From assembly GCA_963666275.2 (NCBI GenBank), contig CAXXOA010000001.1, positions 96,001 through 160,000 on the forward strand: 64,000 nucleotides of DNA, written 5' to 3'. The translations under genes were made by a program, and so were the position numbers. Positions 29,293 through 38,413 of the stretch are shown piece after piece (the first letter of the stretch is position 1; the number at the start of each line of letters is the position of its first letter). Below the pieces are notes generated by a model, which was not told the origin of the DNA, did not search any database, and saw only the letters and a program-made list of their open reading frames with translations. The stretch comes from Oceanispirochaeta sp. GTDB lineage: Bacteria > Spirochaetota > Spirochaetia > DSM-2461.

Positions 29293-30162
29293 TCAGATTT
29301 CTATACCGATAAATTCCTTGATGAGGATCCCGATCAGAAAGGACAGTGCGGCAATTCCCAGGGATATGCCCGCCATCTCAAGAAAGCGGCTTCTGAAGTT
29401 GTAATCTTTTGCAACAGAAATATAAAAGTTGAAACAGAAAATTATGAATACAGCCAGAAGGAGAGAGATCCCCAGGCAGATGAAAGGATTGAGAGACAGT
29501 GTAAAAGGAAAGACCAGGACTATGACTGTAAGGACATAGGCTATCCCTGTATAGAGGGAGGCCCTCCCCGCGTTTTCTCCCCCTTCATGGCGTGTCGATA
29601 GGTATTCGCTGGCCGCCATGGAAAAGGAAGCGCTGATTCCTGTAATGAGACCTGTCAATCCTATCAGTTTGGTATCCTGAAAGGCTATGGTATAACCGGC
29701 CAGAGCTCCCGTCAGTTCCACAAGGGCGTCATTAAGACCGAGGACGATAGATCCCACATATTTGAGTCTGTCCTCGTCGAGCATGTCAATCAGCTCCTGT
29801 TCATGCCTCTCCTCATCGGCTATCACATCGTTGAGATAGTTCAGGTTCCTGTCATGATCTCCATAATTCTCCTGGGCTTTTCCTTCGGCTTTTTCAAGCA
29901 TTTTTAAGCCGAAGGTCAAGCCGAAAAGGCGGACAAACCAGAAATGGAGCCAGACAAAAAATTTTCCAGGTTTCAGTTCCACTCCAGTGAGGGTTTTCAG
30001 CCTCTGGTAGTGTTTCATTTCATCTTTTGCAATATGTTCCAGAGTTTTCCGGTTATGACTGTCTTTTGTGACTCCGGCGATCCTTGTATACAAATGATAG
30101 GCATTGATTTCATCCTGCTGATCCTGGAGCAGCCATTTCATTACTTCCGGTTTTATATCCAT
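29293..30162 (-). CDS. Rubrerythrin/ferritin-like domain fused to a VIT1/CCC1 iron exporter
   Basis: ExxH di-iron motifs (DEMKH, DEERH); VLGLNDALVE and SMAASEYLS VIT1 motifs. Start inferred. Confidence 0.88.
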   Translation of the reverse strand: MDIKPEVMKWLLQDQQDEINAYHLYTRIAGVTKDSHNRKTLEHIAKDEMKHYQRLKTLTGVELKPGKFFVWLHFWFVRLFGLTFGLKMLEKAEGKAQENYGDHDRNLNYLNDVIADEERHEQELIDMLDEDRLKYVGSIVLGLNDALVELTGALAGYTIAFQDTKLIGLTGLITGISASFSMAASEYLSTRHEGGENAGRASLYTGIAYVLTVIVLVFPFTLSLNPFICLGISLLLAVFIIFCFNFYISVAKDYNFRSRFLEMAGISLGIAALSFLIGILIKEFIGIEI

Positions 30163-30319
30163 TCTAACAAACTCCCGAGGCAGAAAGCTGCCGTCTGTCA
30201 ATATTTGTTTTTTATTAAACGGGATTGAGATCTTCTTGGCAACCCCTCAGGGGGGCGGAAAAAAAGGGACCACATGGTGTGATCCCTTTTCTCATTCTAC
30301 TGCTGACTGGAGCAGAAGA

Positions 30320-31933
30320 TCAGACTGATTCCGCTGCCAGTTTCTGTTTCTGTCCGAAAAGGATCTTGTAGGATTCCTTGATAAGGACAAGAGCCAGAAT
30401 GAAAAGGACAACCGCAAAGAATACAAGCACATAGTTTCCGGCGGCAATGTTGTTTTTCGCCAGAATCACAAGTGCTGTCAGGGTCACAAGGAACATAAAA
30501 ATCATGGGTATTTTTACCATTCTGTTGTCTTTTCCTGTCTGAGCGAGCCAGGCTCCAATGGCCAGCAGGGCCAGTGCGGAAAGCAGCTGGTTGGCAGATC
30601 CGAAGATCGGCCAGATGGTGCGCCAGTCTGTAAAACCGACAGCTCCGCCTATGGCGACGGAAATGGCTGTTGCCACATACATGTTTGAAAGAACTTTTGC
30701 AGTGGCACTTTTCTCCTGCTCTGCCGCTTCCATAAAAAACTCCTGGAATACAAAGCGGGCAAGTCTTGTGGCTGTATCCAGACTTGTCAGAGCAAAGGCG
30801 GAGATTGCCAGGGCTACAAAGGGAACACCCACAGACATGGGCAGACCGAAGGCATTCATAAAGGTTCCGACACCCACAGAGAAGGTCTTAATCGCTCCGC
30901 CCTCCTGCATACCTACCGCACCGATGGCAATAAGGGCAATAACGGCCAGAACACCTTCAATCAGCATACCGCCGTATCCGATGAGTTTGGCATCGTCTTC
31001 CTTGTCTATCATTTTTGATGAAGTTCCGGATCCAACGAGTGAATGGAAACCGGAAATGGCACCGCATGCTACTGTTACAAACAGAATGGGGAACATCAAT
31101 GAACCTTTTATATTAAAGGCTGTGAAAGCAGGGACTTCGGTCATGCTGGGGGCTGCTATAAAAAGACCTAACAGAGCACCGCCGATCATCGCATAAAGGA
31201 GGAATGAGTTAAGGTAATCCCTGGGCTGGAGCAGGATCCATACAGGAGTGACAGAGGCTACGAAAATATAGGCCAGAAGGATCCACATCCAGGCTGTTAC
31301 AGACAGGGAAAGGGGAAAAAGCATTCCTATCCATATACAGATCACAAGGAGGATGGCTCCGATAATGCTGCTTATTATCAGATTGGTTTTTCTTCTGTAA
31401 ACGGAAAAACCGAAAAGAACAGCAACAATGATAAAAAGCATGGAGGCTGTAGCTGCCTGGGGGGTGGCGGCAAAGGTGACGGCAACAATATTCAGAAAAG
31501 CCGCAACAACAAGGATCAGAGTCAGCCAGGCAAAAATGGCGAAAAGTCTTTTGCCTCTTTTGCCAATATTCTTTTCTATAACTTCACCAATGGAATTCCC
31601 GTCATGTCTGATGGAGGCAACCAGAGCTCCGAAGTCATGAACGCCTCCGAAAAAGATGCTTCCCACAATAATCCAGAGAAGAACAGGTACCCATCCGAAG
31701 ATGGCTGCTGCGATTGGTCCGGTAATAGGGCCGGCGCCGGCGATGGATGCAAAATGGTGACCCAGAACAACCCCTTTTGAGGCCGGTACATAATCCACAC
31801 CATCTTCTTTCTCATGAGAAGGTGTAATCCGTTTGGGGTCGATACCCCACTTTTTGCAGAGCCAGCCGCCGTAGAAAATGTAGGCGACAACAAAGGCAGC
31901 TACAGCAAAAAGGATGATAATTAAAGAATTCAT
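30320..31933 (-). CDS. cstA: Carbon starvation protein A family transporter
   Basis: DGVDYVP, GHHFASIAGAGPI, LLQPRDYL, ACGAISGFH and FGSANQL motifs. Confidence 0.93.
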   Translation of the reverse strand: MNSLIIILFAVAAFVVAYIFYGGWLCKKWGIDPKRITPSHEKEDGVDYVPASKGVVLGHHFASIAGAGPITGPIAAAIFGWVPVLLWIIVGSIFFGGVHDFGALVASIRHDGNSIGEVIEKNIGKRGKRLFAIFAWLTLILVVAAFLNIVAVTFAATPQAATASMLFIIVAVLFGFSVYRRKTNLIISSIIGAILLVICIWIGMLFPLSLSVTAWMWILLAYIFVASVTPVWILLQPRDYLNSFLLYAMIGGALLGLFIAAPSMTEVPAFTAFNIKGSLMFPILFVTVACGAISGFHSLVGSGTSSKMIDKEDDAKLIGYGGMLIEGVLAVIALIAIGAVGMQEGGAIKTFSVGVGTFMNAFGLPMSVGVPFVALAISAFALTSLDTATRLARFVFQEFFMEAAEQEKSATAKVLSNMYVATAISVAIGGAVGFTDWRTIWPIFGSANQLLSALALLAIGAWLAQTGKDNRMVKIPMIFMFLVTLTALVILAKNNIAAGNYVLVFFAVVLFILALVLIKESYKILFGQKQKLAAESV

Positions 31934-31996
31934 TCAATCCTCCAGTTAAAACTTTTTTCTATGATAAAAAGGATCCATCAGGATAGATTCCTTCAA

Positions 31997-32554
31997 TCAT
32001 TCATCTGATGCCGCATTCATTTCGGGATGAAAAAATGCAGCGGTGCTCTGTATCTTTCTATTTGAGAAGACCCTATTGTCCTTGAGAGACACTGCGATAG
32101 GGGCAAGATCTGCCCATCCTTTGAATCCCAGCAGAAATCCCTTCTGGAAAAAATAGCGTTTTATGACTTTTTCCACTTCCCGGGTAAGAGGCTCTTCTGT
32201 GATGAAAACAGGAGAAATGTGGGTGGACATATGATCTTTGCCGGGGGCTGCGATATCCCGGATGCGGGATTTCAGAAATGAAAGTTCTTCCCGGATGATT
32301 TCAGCGGAAAGAGCGCCAGTCTTCTTAATATAGAAAATTTCGTTATTTTCAAAACCGTAGAGTTTGATATCCGGAGATAAAACAAATTTCTCATTTCGGA
32401 TATTCATTACAGCTTTTATGTCGTAATGGCGCGTATCCACTTCATGATTCTGCTGTAAATCAAAGGATTGTTTCAATCTGCTGATTAATGTTTCAAAATA
32501 GGAGTCAAAATCGGCCATGACAGGGATGATAACACGGGTTTTTTCCCGGTTCAA
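31997..32554 (-). CDS. Hypothetical protein
   Basis: ORF of about 170-185 aa with protein-like composition; start uncertain (possibly 32518). Confidence 0.6.
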   Translation of the reverse strand: MNREKTRVIIPVMADFDSYFETLISRLKQSFDLQQNHEVDTRHYDIKAVMNIRNEKFVLSPDIKLYGFENNEIFYIKKTGALSAEIIREELSFLKSRIRDIAAPGKDHMSTHISPVFITEEPLTREVEKVIKRYFFQKGFLLGFKGWADLAPIAVSLKDNRVFSNRKIQSTAAFFHPEMNAASDE

Positions 32555-32940
32555 ATATGAGCAAATGACAAGTAATTGGCTTTAATAGGAATAAAATAAT
32601 TATTTCTGTAAAAAAATATTTATTTTGTCTGAAAAAGATGTGAATACCAAAATAGGGAGTTCTTGTGTACTAGAATATCGGCCAGTTATTATTATGAGAG
32701 GTAGAATGTGGTGGGTCCTGATTTTATTTATATGGAAAAATAACAAAAAAAATACTGTTAATCGATTAAATAAATATTTTATAATCTTTTTCAGCCCTTG
32801 AAGGCCGTAAACCAGTCCGAACTCCGGGATCAGCCCTTCGGATACGAAAAACACCTGTTTCAAAGACTCATTTTGCTCAATCGGGAGAATCTATACCGGA
32901 AAAGTGAGGAATCGCGGCTTTTTGACGGGGGAGGCTGTGA

Positions 32941-33060
32941 TAAAAAATAGAAGGTTCAGAACCAACTGTACTTTTTTAGTTTTTCAAGGGACCGAGGGGG
33001 ACTCGCCATCCCTGGCCAGTTGCGCGGCAGGGATTCGCGCTGTAATACCGTTCTTATTGC
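32941..33060 (-). repeat. Degenerate tRNA-linked repeat unit downstream of tRNA-Cys
   Basis: Degenerate copy of the tRNA-Cys trailer and 3' end (accgagggggactc versus gccgagcggactc), followed by gccatccctggc..gcgc..ttcgcgc..ccg motifs shared with the tRNA-fMet repeats. Confidence 0.7.
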
Positions 33061-33108
33061 TTATAAAATAAAAAAGTCCAGCCTGAGCTGAACTTTTTTG
33101 TTTTTGAG

Positions 33109-33181
33109 AGGCGCCGAGCGGACTCGAACCGCTGAATGATGGATTTGCAATCCACTCCCTTAGCCGCTTGGGTACGGCGCC
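33109..33181 (-). tRNA. tRNA-Cys (GCA)
   Basis: GGCGCCG acceptor stem, GTGGA-TTGCAAA-TCCAT anticodon arm, GGTTCGAGTCC T arm, U73; CCA not encoded. Confidence 0.95.
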
Positions 33182-33270
33182 GTCTTGTGGGATGAAATAT
33201 AACAAATGCGGTGATGTTTGTCCAGCAGGATAGGCGAGTTTTTTTATAGACACATAATTTGTCTTGGCAT

Positions 33271-35139
33271 ATGATGATGCCCATGACAGAGAAGGAACTG
33301 ATTCAGATTTTAACAGAGGCGAAAGATGCCTATTATAATACGGATTCTCCCGTTTTAAGCGACGAGGAATTTGACCGGCTGGAAGAGGAACTGAGGATTT
33401 TAAACCCCCGGAGCGACTATTTTGCTGTTGTAGGCAGTGAAACCGCCGGAGGAGGAAAAATCCGTCATGAGGTTCCCATGCTTTCCATGGGAAAGGCCAA
33501 GAATATGGGGGAAGTGAAAAAGTGGATTACCCGGCTGAAAATTTCTGAAGATACCAGGTGGACGATGCAGCCCAAAATTGACGGGCTCTCCGCTTCCTGC
33601 TTCTACTCGGGGGGGGAGCTCCAGTATGTGGCTACAAGGGGCGACGGGGTTGTGGGCCAGGATGTGACATCCATTGCCTCCTATATTGATGATATTCCAG
33701 AGACAATTGATACAACAAAAGAGGATATCGAAGTGCGGGGCGAGCTCTATCTGCCGAAAGACACATCCTACGATACAAAAGGAAAGCCCCTAAGGAATAA
33801 CTGCGTAGGCCTGATAAACAGAAACGAAAACAGAGAGGATCTGAAGTATGTCCGTTTCGTCAGCTATCAGACAGCCCGGACACGCCCTTCGGGAAGTGAA
33901 GCCGGCATAATTGACTGGCTGAAAAGTTCAGGTTTTCATACTGTGGAATACTTTTCTGTCCGGGGGCTGGCCGAAATCGAAAAGGTCTACGACGCCTATC
34001 TGGAAGAGAAGAGGGATCAGTGGCTGTATGAAACCGACGGCCTGATTCTGACAGTGGATGACAACTCTCTCCATGAGGAAATTGACAGCCGCTGGGTTGT
34101 GGATCACCATCATCACTACGCTCTGGCCATAAAACCTCCGGCGGCATCGAGAAAAACCCGCCTTACGGGAGTGGAGTGGCAGGTCAGCCGTCAGGGGGCT
34201 CTGGTACCCGTAGCGGTTTTTGAACCCATCCTATTAGGGGGAGCCACACTGAACAGAGCCTCCCTTCACAATTATGCCTTTGTTCAGTCCATGGGGCTTC
34301 AGCTGGGGGATGAACTGCTCATAGAGCGGGCGAATGATGTGATTCCCTATGTAAGAGAGAATCTCTCTTCAGGGAGAAGGGAGGGGGAGCTGTTTTTCTC
34401 AGATGTTGCCCCTGATGCCTGTCCCGTCTGCGGCAGCCCTGTGAAAGAGGAGGGGGTGCATCTGAAATGTTCCAATTCAGAATGCCCTGAAAAGGAGATT
34501 CAGACCATAATCTACTGGGTCAAAGAGTCGGGAATGGAGCAGGTCGCTGAAGCGACGATCCGTCAGCTCTATGAAAAGGGGATCGCCCGGTCTGTGGGAG
34601 AACTGTACAGTGTGAGCCGGGAGGATCTATCCGGCCTGGAAGGATTCGGAGAGAAAAAAATAGGCAACTTTCTGGAACAGCTCGAAAGGGTCCGGGAGCT
34701 GACGGCCCCTGAACTGATCAGCCGCCTGGGGATTCCTCTTGTGCAGCAGAAAGCTCTGAAAAAACTGGGAATCCAGAGCATGGAGGATTTTCAGAATTTT
34801 TCCGACGAAACCTATGTGATCGGTCAGAATATCATTGCCTGGAAAAAGAAAGAAGAGAATCAGAAGCTTCTGGAGGAGCTGCTGGAGGCCGTGTCCATAC
34901 AGGATGCCGGCTCCGGAGAGTCTCGGGGGCAGGTCTCTATGACAGGAAAAGGGCCTATCGGGCGCAAGGAGCTTCAGAAGATTATTGAAGACAGGGGCTA
35001 TGAGTTCTCTTCTACAGTGACAAAAACAACGGATATCCTTCTCTGTGAAGATCCGGAAGGCACCAGTTCCAAACTTCAGAAAGCCAGGAAAAACGGAACC
35101 ACCCTCATGTCCTATGAGGATTTTCTCTCCCGGGAGTAG
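33271..35139 (+). CDS. ligA: NAD-dependent DNA ligase
   Basis: YY..D..SDEEFD, PMLSM, KIDG (KxDG), TRGDG, EVRGE and DG motifs; zinc finger CPVC..C....C; C-terminal BRCT-like domain. Start is one of several ATGs at 33271-33283. Confidence 0.9.
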   Translation: MMMPMTEKELIQILTEAKDAYYNTDSPVLSDEEFDRLEEELRILNPRSDYFAVVGSETAGGGKIRHEVPMLSMGKAKNMGEVKKWITRLKISEDTRWTMQPKIDGLSASCFYSGGELQYVATRGDGVVGQDVTSIASYIDDIPETIDTTKEDIEVRGELYLPKDTSYDTKGKPLRNNCVGLINRNENREDLKYVRFVSYQTARTRPSGSEAGIIDWLKSSGFHTVEYFSVRGLAEIEKVYDAYLEEKRDQWLYETDGLILTVDDNSLHEEIDSRWVVDHHHHYALAIKPPAASRKTRLTGVEWQVSRQGALVPVAVFEPILLGGATLNRASLHNYAFVQSMGLQLGDELLIERANDVIPYVRENLSSGRREGELFFSDVAPDACPVCGSPVKEEGVHLKCSNSECPEKEIQTIIYWVKESGMEQVAEATIRQLYEKGIARSVGELYSVSREDLSGLEGFGEKKIGNFLEQLERVRELTAPELISRLGIPLVQQKALKKLGIQSMEDFQNFSDETYVIGQNIIAWKKKEENQKLLEELLEAVSIQDAGSGESRGQVSMTGKGPIGRKELQKIIEDRGYEFSSTVTKTTDILLCEDPEGTSSKLQKARKNGTTLMSYEDFLSRE

Positions 35140-35206
35140 GGGGGCTTAAACTCTCTGTAGAATCTCCCCCCCCCTTATCTCATGGAGGGATTGGGGGGGA
35201 TAATGA

Positions 35207-36487
35207 TCAGCGTTTGAGAATCTCTTCCACCCGTTGGATATCTTCCGGGCGGATCCTGTTTTTATACCGTTCCAGAAAAGAGGGGTAGAGGGTTTCTCCC
35301 CCGGCCAGAACATAATGGGAGCTTATCGCTCTATTGGCGTTCCGGGAGCTGCTCTGCTGCTCTTCGATCAGAGTTCTGTACCGCCTGTAGGCCATCATAA
35401 TGGAAGACTCTATCTCCTCGGCCTGACCGCTTATATCGGGACGGGGCGGTATGAGAATGCTGTCTCCGGGATGAAGAAAATCCGGATCCGGGTAACTTTC
35501 CCGGTTGGTCCTGTACAGGTAGGGCCACAGATGGATGTTTCCCCACATGTCCCTGGCAATCACACTGAAGGAATCTCCGCTGCTAATGCTGTAAGGCTCA
35601 GAAGGCAGAGGTGCTGCTGTTTGGCTCTGTACCGCTACCGCGGGGTTTTCTGGTTCTACAGGCTCAGCCGCGGCCGATACCGGAGGCTCTGATTCCTCCG
35701 CCGGGGCTGCCCTTTCCGGCGGTGCTTCCTCCCGGGCTGTGTCTACAGGGGGCTCCGCTCTTTCTTCTGAGACTGATTCTGTCTGCTGAACCACGGTCCT
35801 GACCTCTACGGGAGCTTCCGTTTCTGATGAGGTCCCTCTTGTTCCCCAGTAGATTCCTCCCAGAAGGAGGACTATCGCCAGCAGGGCTCCGGCAGTATAG
35901 TAAATGCCTTTGCGGCTCTCTTTTTGGGATGTGGATGAAACGGCGTCAGCCAGGGCCCGGGTTTCTTCGTCCTGCTCCCGGCTTACCACTGTCAGAGCCG
36001 GCTGGGTTCCTTCTTCCACAGGGGCAATCACAGAGGTGCCGTGCACCATCGTATGGGGCTGAGTCATGGCGGCTTCACCGGAACTCTTTTTCTGATAATC
36101 CAGCTCATACTTCATGGCTTTTATAAGCAGGCCTTCGTGTTCCTCTTCCTCATCCTTCAGAATCTCATCGTCCAGGATGACAGGCTGAAGATTGCTGTAC
36201 TCTGAATTGATCCGTACAGCCAGGGCGGAAGCGGGTGAAAACTTGACTCTGAAGTGAGACGGGATAGTCAGGGGTTCTCCGGTCTGGGGGTTCCTGCCTG
36301 TGGACTCTTCCACAAAGGTTTTTTTAAAGGTCCCGAACCCGTAAAGGGCCATCCTGTCTGAAACTTTCAGCTGTTCTGTTATAACTGTAAAAAGCTCCTG
36401 AATCAGGTCTCTTGTGGTATCATGATCGGTTTCGACTTTATCAAGGATTCTCTGGACCAGTTTCTCCGGCGTAAGGGCATTACTCAT
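35207..36487 (-). CDS. HU/IHF-like DNA-binding domain, linker, single TM helix and LysM domain
   Basis: N-terminal GFGTF..GRNPQTGE..VKFSP; TM segment AGALLAIVLLLGGIYW; LysM YSISSGDSFSVIA..WG...W..LY..N...PD.L.PG..I.IP. Confidence 0.85.
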   Translation of the reverse strand: MSNALTPEKLVQRILDKVETDHDTTRDLIQELFTVITEQLKVSDRMALYGFGTFKKTFVEESTGRNPQTGEPLTIPSHFRVKFSPASALAVRINSEYSNLQPVILDDEILKDEEEEHEGLLIKAMKYELDYQKKSSGEAAMTQPHTMVHGTSVIAPVEEGTQPALTVVSREQDEETRALADAVSSTSQKESRKGIYYTAGALLAIVLLLGGIYWGTRGTSSETEAPVEVRTVVQQTESVSEERAEPPVDTAREEAPPERAAPAEESEPPVSAAAEPVEPENPAVAVQSQTAAPLPSEPYSISSGDSFSVIARDMWGNIHLWPYLYRTNRESYPDPDFLHPGDSILIPPRPDISGQAEEIESSIMMAYRRYRTLIEEQQSSSRNANRAISSHYVLAGGETLYPSFLERYKNRIRPEDIQRVEEILKR

Positions 36488-36755
36488 TGATCTGCTCCTT
36501 CAACTTGCTGGATGGTCTGAATTTCACTTTGCGTTTCTTCGGCAGGAGCATCTTTTTTTTCACAGCGGGATTGTAACTGATCCGGCCTTTTTGCAGATCA
36601 GTTTTGAAGGATCCGAAACCTGTCTGGCTGTAGCTCTTGTCTTCTTCCAGTATCAGAGTGATCTCTTCGAGAGTTGTATCAACTACGTTTTTTACGGTCT
36701 TCTGGGAGAGGGACAATCGTTCCGCAAGCTCCCTGACCAGCTCCTGTTTTGTCAT
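36480..36755 (-). CDS. HU family DNA-binding protein
   Basis: MTKQELV..LA; GFGSF; NP; VKFRPSSKLKE. Confidence 0.9.
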   Translation of the reverse strand: MTKQELVRELAERLSLSQKTVKNVVDTTLEEITLILEEDKSYSQTGFGSFKTDLQKGRISYNPAVKKKMLLPKKRKVKFRPSSKLKEQINE

Positions 36756-36867
36756 ATCCTGTCTTTCAAAAGGGATAATTCTATATTTAATAAGGAGATC
36801 CCTTTTTTATTACAATACATCTTTCCCCGTGGAACTTCAATCACAAAAAAATCAGGAGAAAAAAAAT

Positions 36868-37287
36868 CTAGAAAGTCACACCGGAATAGAGGATTATGTT
36901 GGCGTAGGGCTGAATTTCACCGGTTCTGACAACTGCCTTTGTCTGAGCCGTCGCCTTTTTGAAATCCTCGTGGGAAACAAAAATCATAGCCGGTTTGTAT
37001 CCCGATTCCTTTTCGTAGTCCGCCAGAATCTCAAGGATCTCCTCCAGGCCTTCGGGATTCGCCTCCCGGATCTCCTCGGCAAGCAGGACTTTCTCTACGC
37101 AGAGTTCTTTCAATACCGCTCCCAGGACCTGGGCAAACCGGGGGAGCTCCGGCTGGACCGCCAGATCAATCCTTTTTGTGCTCTCCGGAATGGGAAGCCC
37201 CGCATCGGCAATGGTCAGTCCGTCGGTATGTCCCATCCTGGAAATAACGGCGGAGATTTCAGAATTCAGTAACAAGCCTCTTTTCAT
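36868..37287 (-). CDS. rbsD: D-ribose pyranase
   Basis: LLNSEISAVISRMGHTD..IADAGLPIP..RIDLA; VSHEDFK; VRTGE..PYANIILYSGVTF. ATG at 37287 with GGAG RBS. Confidence 0.93.
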   Translation of the reverse strand: MKRGLLLNSEISAVISRMGHTDGLTIADAGLPIPESTKRIDLAVQPELPRFAQVLGAVLKELCVEKVLLAEEIREANPEGLEEILEILADYEKESGYKPAMIFVSHEDFKKATAQTKAVVRTGEIQPYANIILYSGVTF

Positions 37288-37381
37288 CGGTACTCCTGTT
37301 TCGGGGGATTTCTGATTGGAATTCCTCCTGTAGTTATAAGTATAACGCATTCTGTGAAAAAAAATCCCCGGGAAGTCCTTA

Positions 37382-37408
37382 TCAATCTCCTTTCCCCCTA
37401 CCGATAAT
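37382..37408 (+). promoter_or_regulatory. Possible sigma28 (FliA)-type promoter
   Basis: TCAA...ACCGATAA upstream of a small ORF; spacing slightly off consensus. Confidence 0.35.
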
Positions 37409-37470
37409 AGAAATATCCACATAATTAATGGGTCTGCCGGAATGTGAGCATCATAAGAAGGGAGACAATT

Positions 37471-37665
37471 ATGGATTTCGTTACCTATCTTGTTTATAAA
37501 GACTACATTCCCTTTCAAGTCGGACTGAATCTTCTGAGGAACTGTATAGCCGAAGAGCATCTGAATCAGGTGGTCGATGAGCTTGTATTAAGGAATATCC
37601 TCTCTTCCGAACAGGTGGAGGTTCTGCATCACGAATGGGAAGAGGTTGAGATAGAAGAGCAGTAG
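37471..37665 (+). CDS. Small acidic hypothetical protein (~64 aa)
   Basis: GGGAGA RBS before ATG at 37471; protein-like composition. Confidence 0.6.
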   Translation: MDFVTYLVYKDYIPFQVGLNLLRNCIAEEHLNQVVDELVLRNILSSEQVEVLHHEWEEVEIEEQ

Positions 37666-37792
37666 AATTAAAAAAGTATATATTTTTGATCTGGCTATCC
37701 TGAAGTGCTTTTGGGAGAAAAATAACAGGGAATTTGAGATCCTTCCCGGGCTCTATTATCCTTAATAGTGATATTTCTGTAAGGAGTCCTGT

Positions 37793-38134
37793 ATGTCAGA
37801 TGTATTTAGTCCTGTTTACACTATTGTATGGCTGATTTTCACCGTCATTCTTGTGGTCGCCAACTGGAAAATCTTTGTCAAAGCGGGAAAGCCCGGCTGG
37901 GCCATTCTCATACCGATCTACAATGTGATTGTTATGCTGCAGATTGTGAAAAAGCCCTGGTGGTGGCTGCTGCTTATGTTCATTCCCGTTGTTAATGTAG
38001 TGATAGCGATTCTTATCATCTACAATTTCGTCACAGTCTTCGGCAAACCCGGCTGGCACGTTCTCCCGGCCCTTTTTCTCAGCATCATCTATTATCCCTA
38101 TATTGCATTTTCTGACGCCCGATACGTGGGATAA
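37793..38134 (+). CDS. Small membrane protein (DUF5684-like)
   Basis: WKIFVKAGKPGWA.LIPIYN and FGKPG motifs; AAGGAG RBS. Confidence 0.8.
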   Translation: MSDVFSPVYTIVWLIFTVILVVANWKIFVKAGKPGWAILIPIYNVIVMLQIVKKPWWWLLLMFIPVVNVVIAILIIYNFVTVFGKPGWHVLPALFLSIIYYPYIAFSDARYVG

Positions 38135-38145
38135 CATTTTGGGCA

Positions 38146-38178
38146 TAAAAAAAGAGCAAGCTGATTGCTTGCTCTTTA
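38146..38178. terminator. Bidirectional terminator between the DUF5684-like gene and tRNA-Asn
   Basis: aaaaaaagagcaagctgattgcttgctcttt hairpin. Confidence 0.75.
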
Positions 38179-38180
38179 AG

Positions 38181-38253
38181 CTCCCCCGAACAGACTCGAA
38201 CTGCTGACATGGTGGTTAACAGCCACCCGCTCTACCGACTGAGCTACAGGGGA
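38181..38253 (-). tRNA. tRNA-Asn (GTT)
   Basis: TCCCCTG acceptor stem, GGTGG-CTGTTAA-CCACC anticodon arm, TTCGAGT T loop; TTGACA-N17-TATATT promoter upstream. Confidence 0.95.
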
Positions 38254-38351
38254 AAGTTAATTCTTGAAGAAATATATCTGTTTTGAACTTTTATGTCAAC
38301 AGGGTTTCTGTATTAAATACCCGGGAGCATATCTGATGAATTAAGTGGGGA

Positions 38352-38386
38352 TAAAAAAACCGCTCCCGAAGGAGCGGTTTTTTATT
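38352..38386 (-). terminator. Terminator of the glutamine synthetase gene
   Basis: aaaaaaccgctcccgaaggagcggtttttt. Confidence 0.8.
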
Positions 38387-38413
38387 AACTCTTTACCTTG
38401 TGGGAATATAATC

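Noticed and set aside
32555..32940. AT-rich gap and ORF 32600-32863 as a gene or riboswitch
   Set aside because: No motif, RBS or recognisable aptamer; likely promoter or spacer DNA.
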